Positions 61,601-64,000 of a stretch of 64,000 nucleotides of DNA are shown here, piece after piece (position 1 is the first letter of the stretch; each line of letters opens with the position of its first letter). The notes under the pieces were generated by a model, which saw nothing but the letters and a program-made list of their open reading frames with translations, did no database searches and was not told where the DNA came from. The position numbers and the translations under genes are program-made. The stretch lies in assembly GCA_050575255.1 (NCBI GenBank), contig JBNZDD010013429.1, positions 129,732 through 193,731 on the forward strand, given 5' to 3'. This DNA comes from Harriotta raleighana (taxonomy: Eukaryota).

Positions 61601-64000
61601 CAAACCTCTTGCCTTTCAGTGCAAGAGTTGGGAGGACAGCAGAAGGGACCGTTGAAGGAAGGAAGAAAACTTGCCCAAGGTTTCGCCATGCCCTGAATCA
61701 AACTCAGGTCTTTCGCTTGCGTGGCGCGTGCTCTAATCACTGAACTACAACACTATTCCGGACTACTCTTGCTTGCGAGTCGAGTATATTTATATTGTCA
61801 TGCCAAATACACAATGTCCATGGACAAATAATTGAAATAAATGGTAAACATTGCAAATGTTTTTCAACCTATTAGGTTCTCTTTATTGAAAAGAAACAAT
61901 TGGAAACCAAAGGCAGGTCAGACAGAGACCATCCTGTGTAAATACATGAGAATAATAAATTACTGTCACAGTTATTTAAGAGAAATTCCTAAAGATGAAT
62001 GGAATGGAGCTCTCTCAAGGAAACAATTTTTTAACTGTTTTCCCACAAAGCTCGCTGCTTCTTCAGGGAAATCTTGGGATGATTCAAATTTCCACAGCTG
62101 TCCATCAATTCCTTGTATTTTAGATGTTCTGATCCCATAGGTAACTCGCAATCAATTATACAATACTGCAGCATGCGATGATGTGTTTTGTCCACTTTGA
62201 CAGGAGTGTTCTTCAGAGCCTATCCAATCTGTCCAAACATCTAAATGGTTGTTTCAATAAGGCAAAGCTTACCTCAATCAGTATGGCTTTGCAAATGCTT
62301 GGATATATGCCAACTCAATTTCTGTATATATGGACAGCGCAAGCATGTTTAAAATAACGATGACAAAGAATATCCAGGTCCCCAGAATCCACCCGACTCT
62401 TAAACTCTCAATGAGTTTAAGAAATTAAAGCACTCCGAGACACAGAAAAGTGCGCTACATATATAATTAGCCGCTGTTATTGAATGAGTATATGTCCTTA
62501 TGAAATTTAGTATTGATATGAATGACTTGTTTGTTGACCGTCATTGAAAATTTAGGGAAGGCAAACCCTTTAATGATAATGAGGGATGGGTAATGGGGAC
62601 TGTCAATAATACACTGGAAATTCCTTCTATTAAAACTGTTTGCTACCACTCCCTCATCACACAGATCTTACAGAAGAGAAAGTGGTTCAATTTTTTGACT
62701 TCAACATTCAGGGACTTCAGTCATTCGTCTATGAAAATATCTGAATTCCAGTCTTTGCCATTCTTATTCCCTGCACTGACTTGGAAAGATAGGAGCAAAC
62801 ACAATATTTAAAGATAGTGACAATTTTTACTGATGCTTTGCAACCTTTAGACATAGTAATTCAGTGCAAGATTGCCTGCCAAATGGATCTGTAAAGGCAC
62901 CATTAGAAATTAGCACCCTCAAGTAAAGCTTTTGACTTGTAGTAAGATGCTCTCACTGTGTAACCTGTCGATCCTCTCTTACAAGTCTTTTAAATCAAAG
63001 ATATATATACATGCTCTAGTTCAAATGTGGCATCTGCCCTTCCTCCAACATGTCACCTATCTGACACTGCTTTCGGTGTCAATGGCAGTCCAATCATACA
63101 ACTCCAAAATCCTCCAAAAGGACTATTCATTGATCTCAAGGGATTCTGCTCAGGTGCACCTTCGATGTAAAAGCCAGGATATAATTGGCGCATTTGGGCA
63201 ACACGAACAATGGAAATTTCCAATTTGAAACATCATCCAAATAACAAGCTCTTAATGAGCTCATTTTGTGACTTATCTCTACATTGAATACAAAATAATT
63301 TATTTAAAGTTGTATAGAATTGGAATTTGATTTGTAATGTATTTCCTTAACTGTGTTCTCGGCTGCAGTTTTCATACACTACCAGTTTCAGAAAAGTTTC
63401 CAATCAGTGGATAATCTGCCCCAATTTATACAAAGTAAACCAAAGTAAAACATAAACAAGGGCTGCATTATGATCTGAGCATTCAAAGTGTACTTCTGGA
63501 ATTGTTTCAAAGCTCCTCTTTGCATACAGCCGATGGCACAAAATGCCGTGGTTTGTTCCCATGCTCCTAGATTGAACATTTTTGAATCTCATGTCCAACT
63601 CTGGGTCCATATTCAGGAGGAATTTCTAAATAGATTACTTTTTAACCTTTTCATCCAGCAATAATTCCTTCAGTTGTGCTTCAAAACTGTTTATCAAAAC
63701 AATTGAATGATTTAACGCAGCAATCTCATTTCAAATTAAATGATCAACGGGTTTAAGCTTTCAATTGGTGAGAGAGAGGATATGCATCACTGTGGTGGAA
63801 TCCAATAAGGGGTCCTCAATTGCACTCCACATCCTTGGATTGCAGCAACATCATGTGTTCTGATGTAAATTTTTTAAATGCTCAAGTAAAAACTGTGCAG
63901 ATGAGAGCAGATGAAATCTGGAGATGTCAGGTTAAATAATCCTTGCATTTGATATGCATCTTCTAGACATCTCAAAGTGCTTCACAGATTGTACTGTAAA

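Overview
Eukaryotic vertebrate DNA. The repeat content (CR1 and L2 LINEs, tRNA-head SINEs, Deu-type SINEs, Penelope remnants) suggests a cartilaginous fish; this is an inference. I reconstructed three spliced genes by hand using GT-AG sites and phase continuity. (1) A secreted, unusually Cys-rich C-type lectin (+, CDS 2048-8504, 5 coding exons, 236 aa). (2) An intact SLC6 GABA/taurine/betaine-subfamily transporter, gene A (-, 31692-10496, 14 coding exons, 610 aa). (3) A head-to-head paralogue, gene B (+, 39187-57226, 14 coding exons, 583 aa). Gene B keeps an open frame and all splice sites, but most Na+, Cl-, substrate and outer-gate residues are replaced. Intron 8 of gene A holds a 2189-bp retroviral env-carrying element with a 4-bp TSD whose two ends are inverted copies of the LTR 3' end rather than direct LTRs. 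The window also contains hammerhead-type Penelope termini, pogo/Tigger-like MITEs, a degenerate 19-bp minisatellite, an 830-bp gap and several single-N join artefacts.
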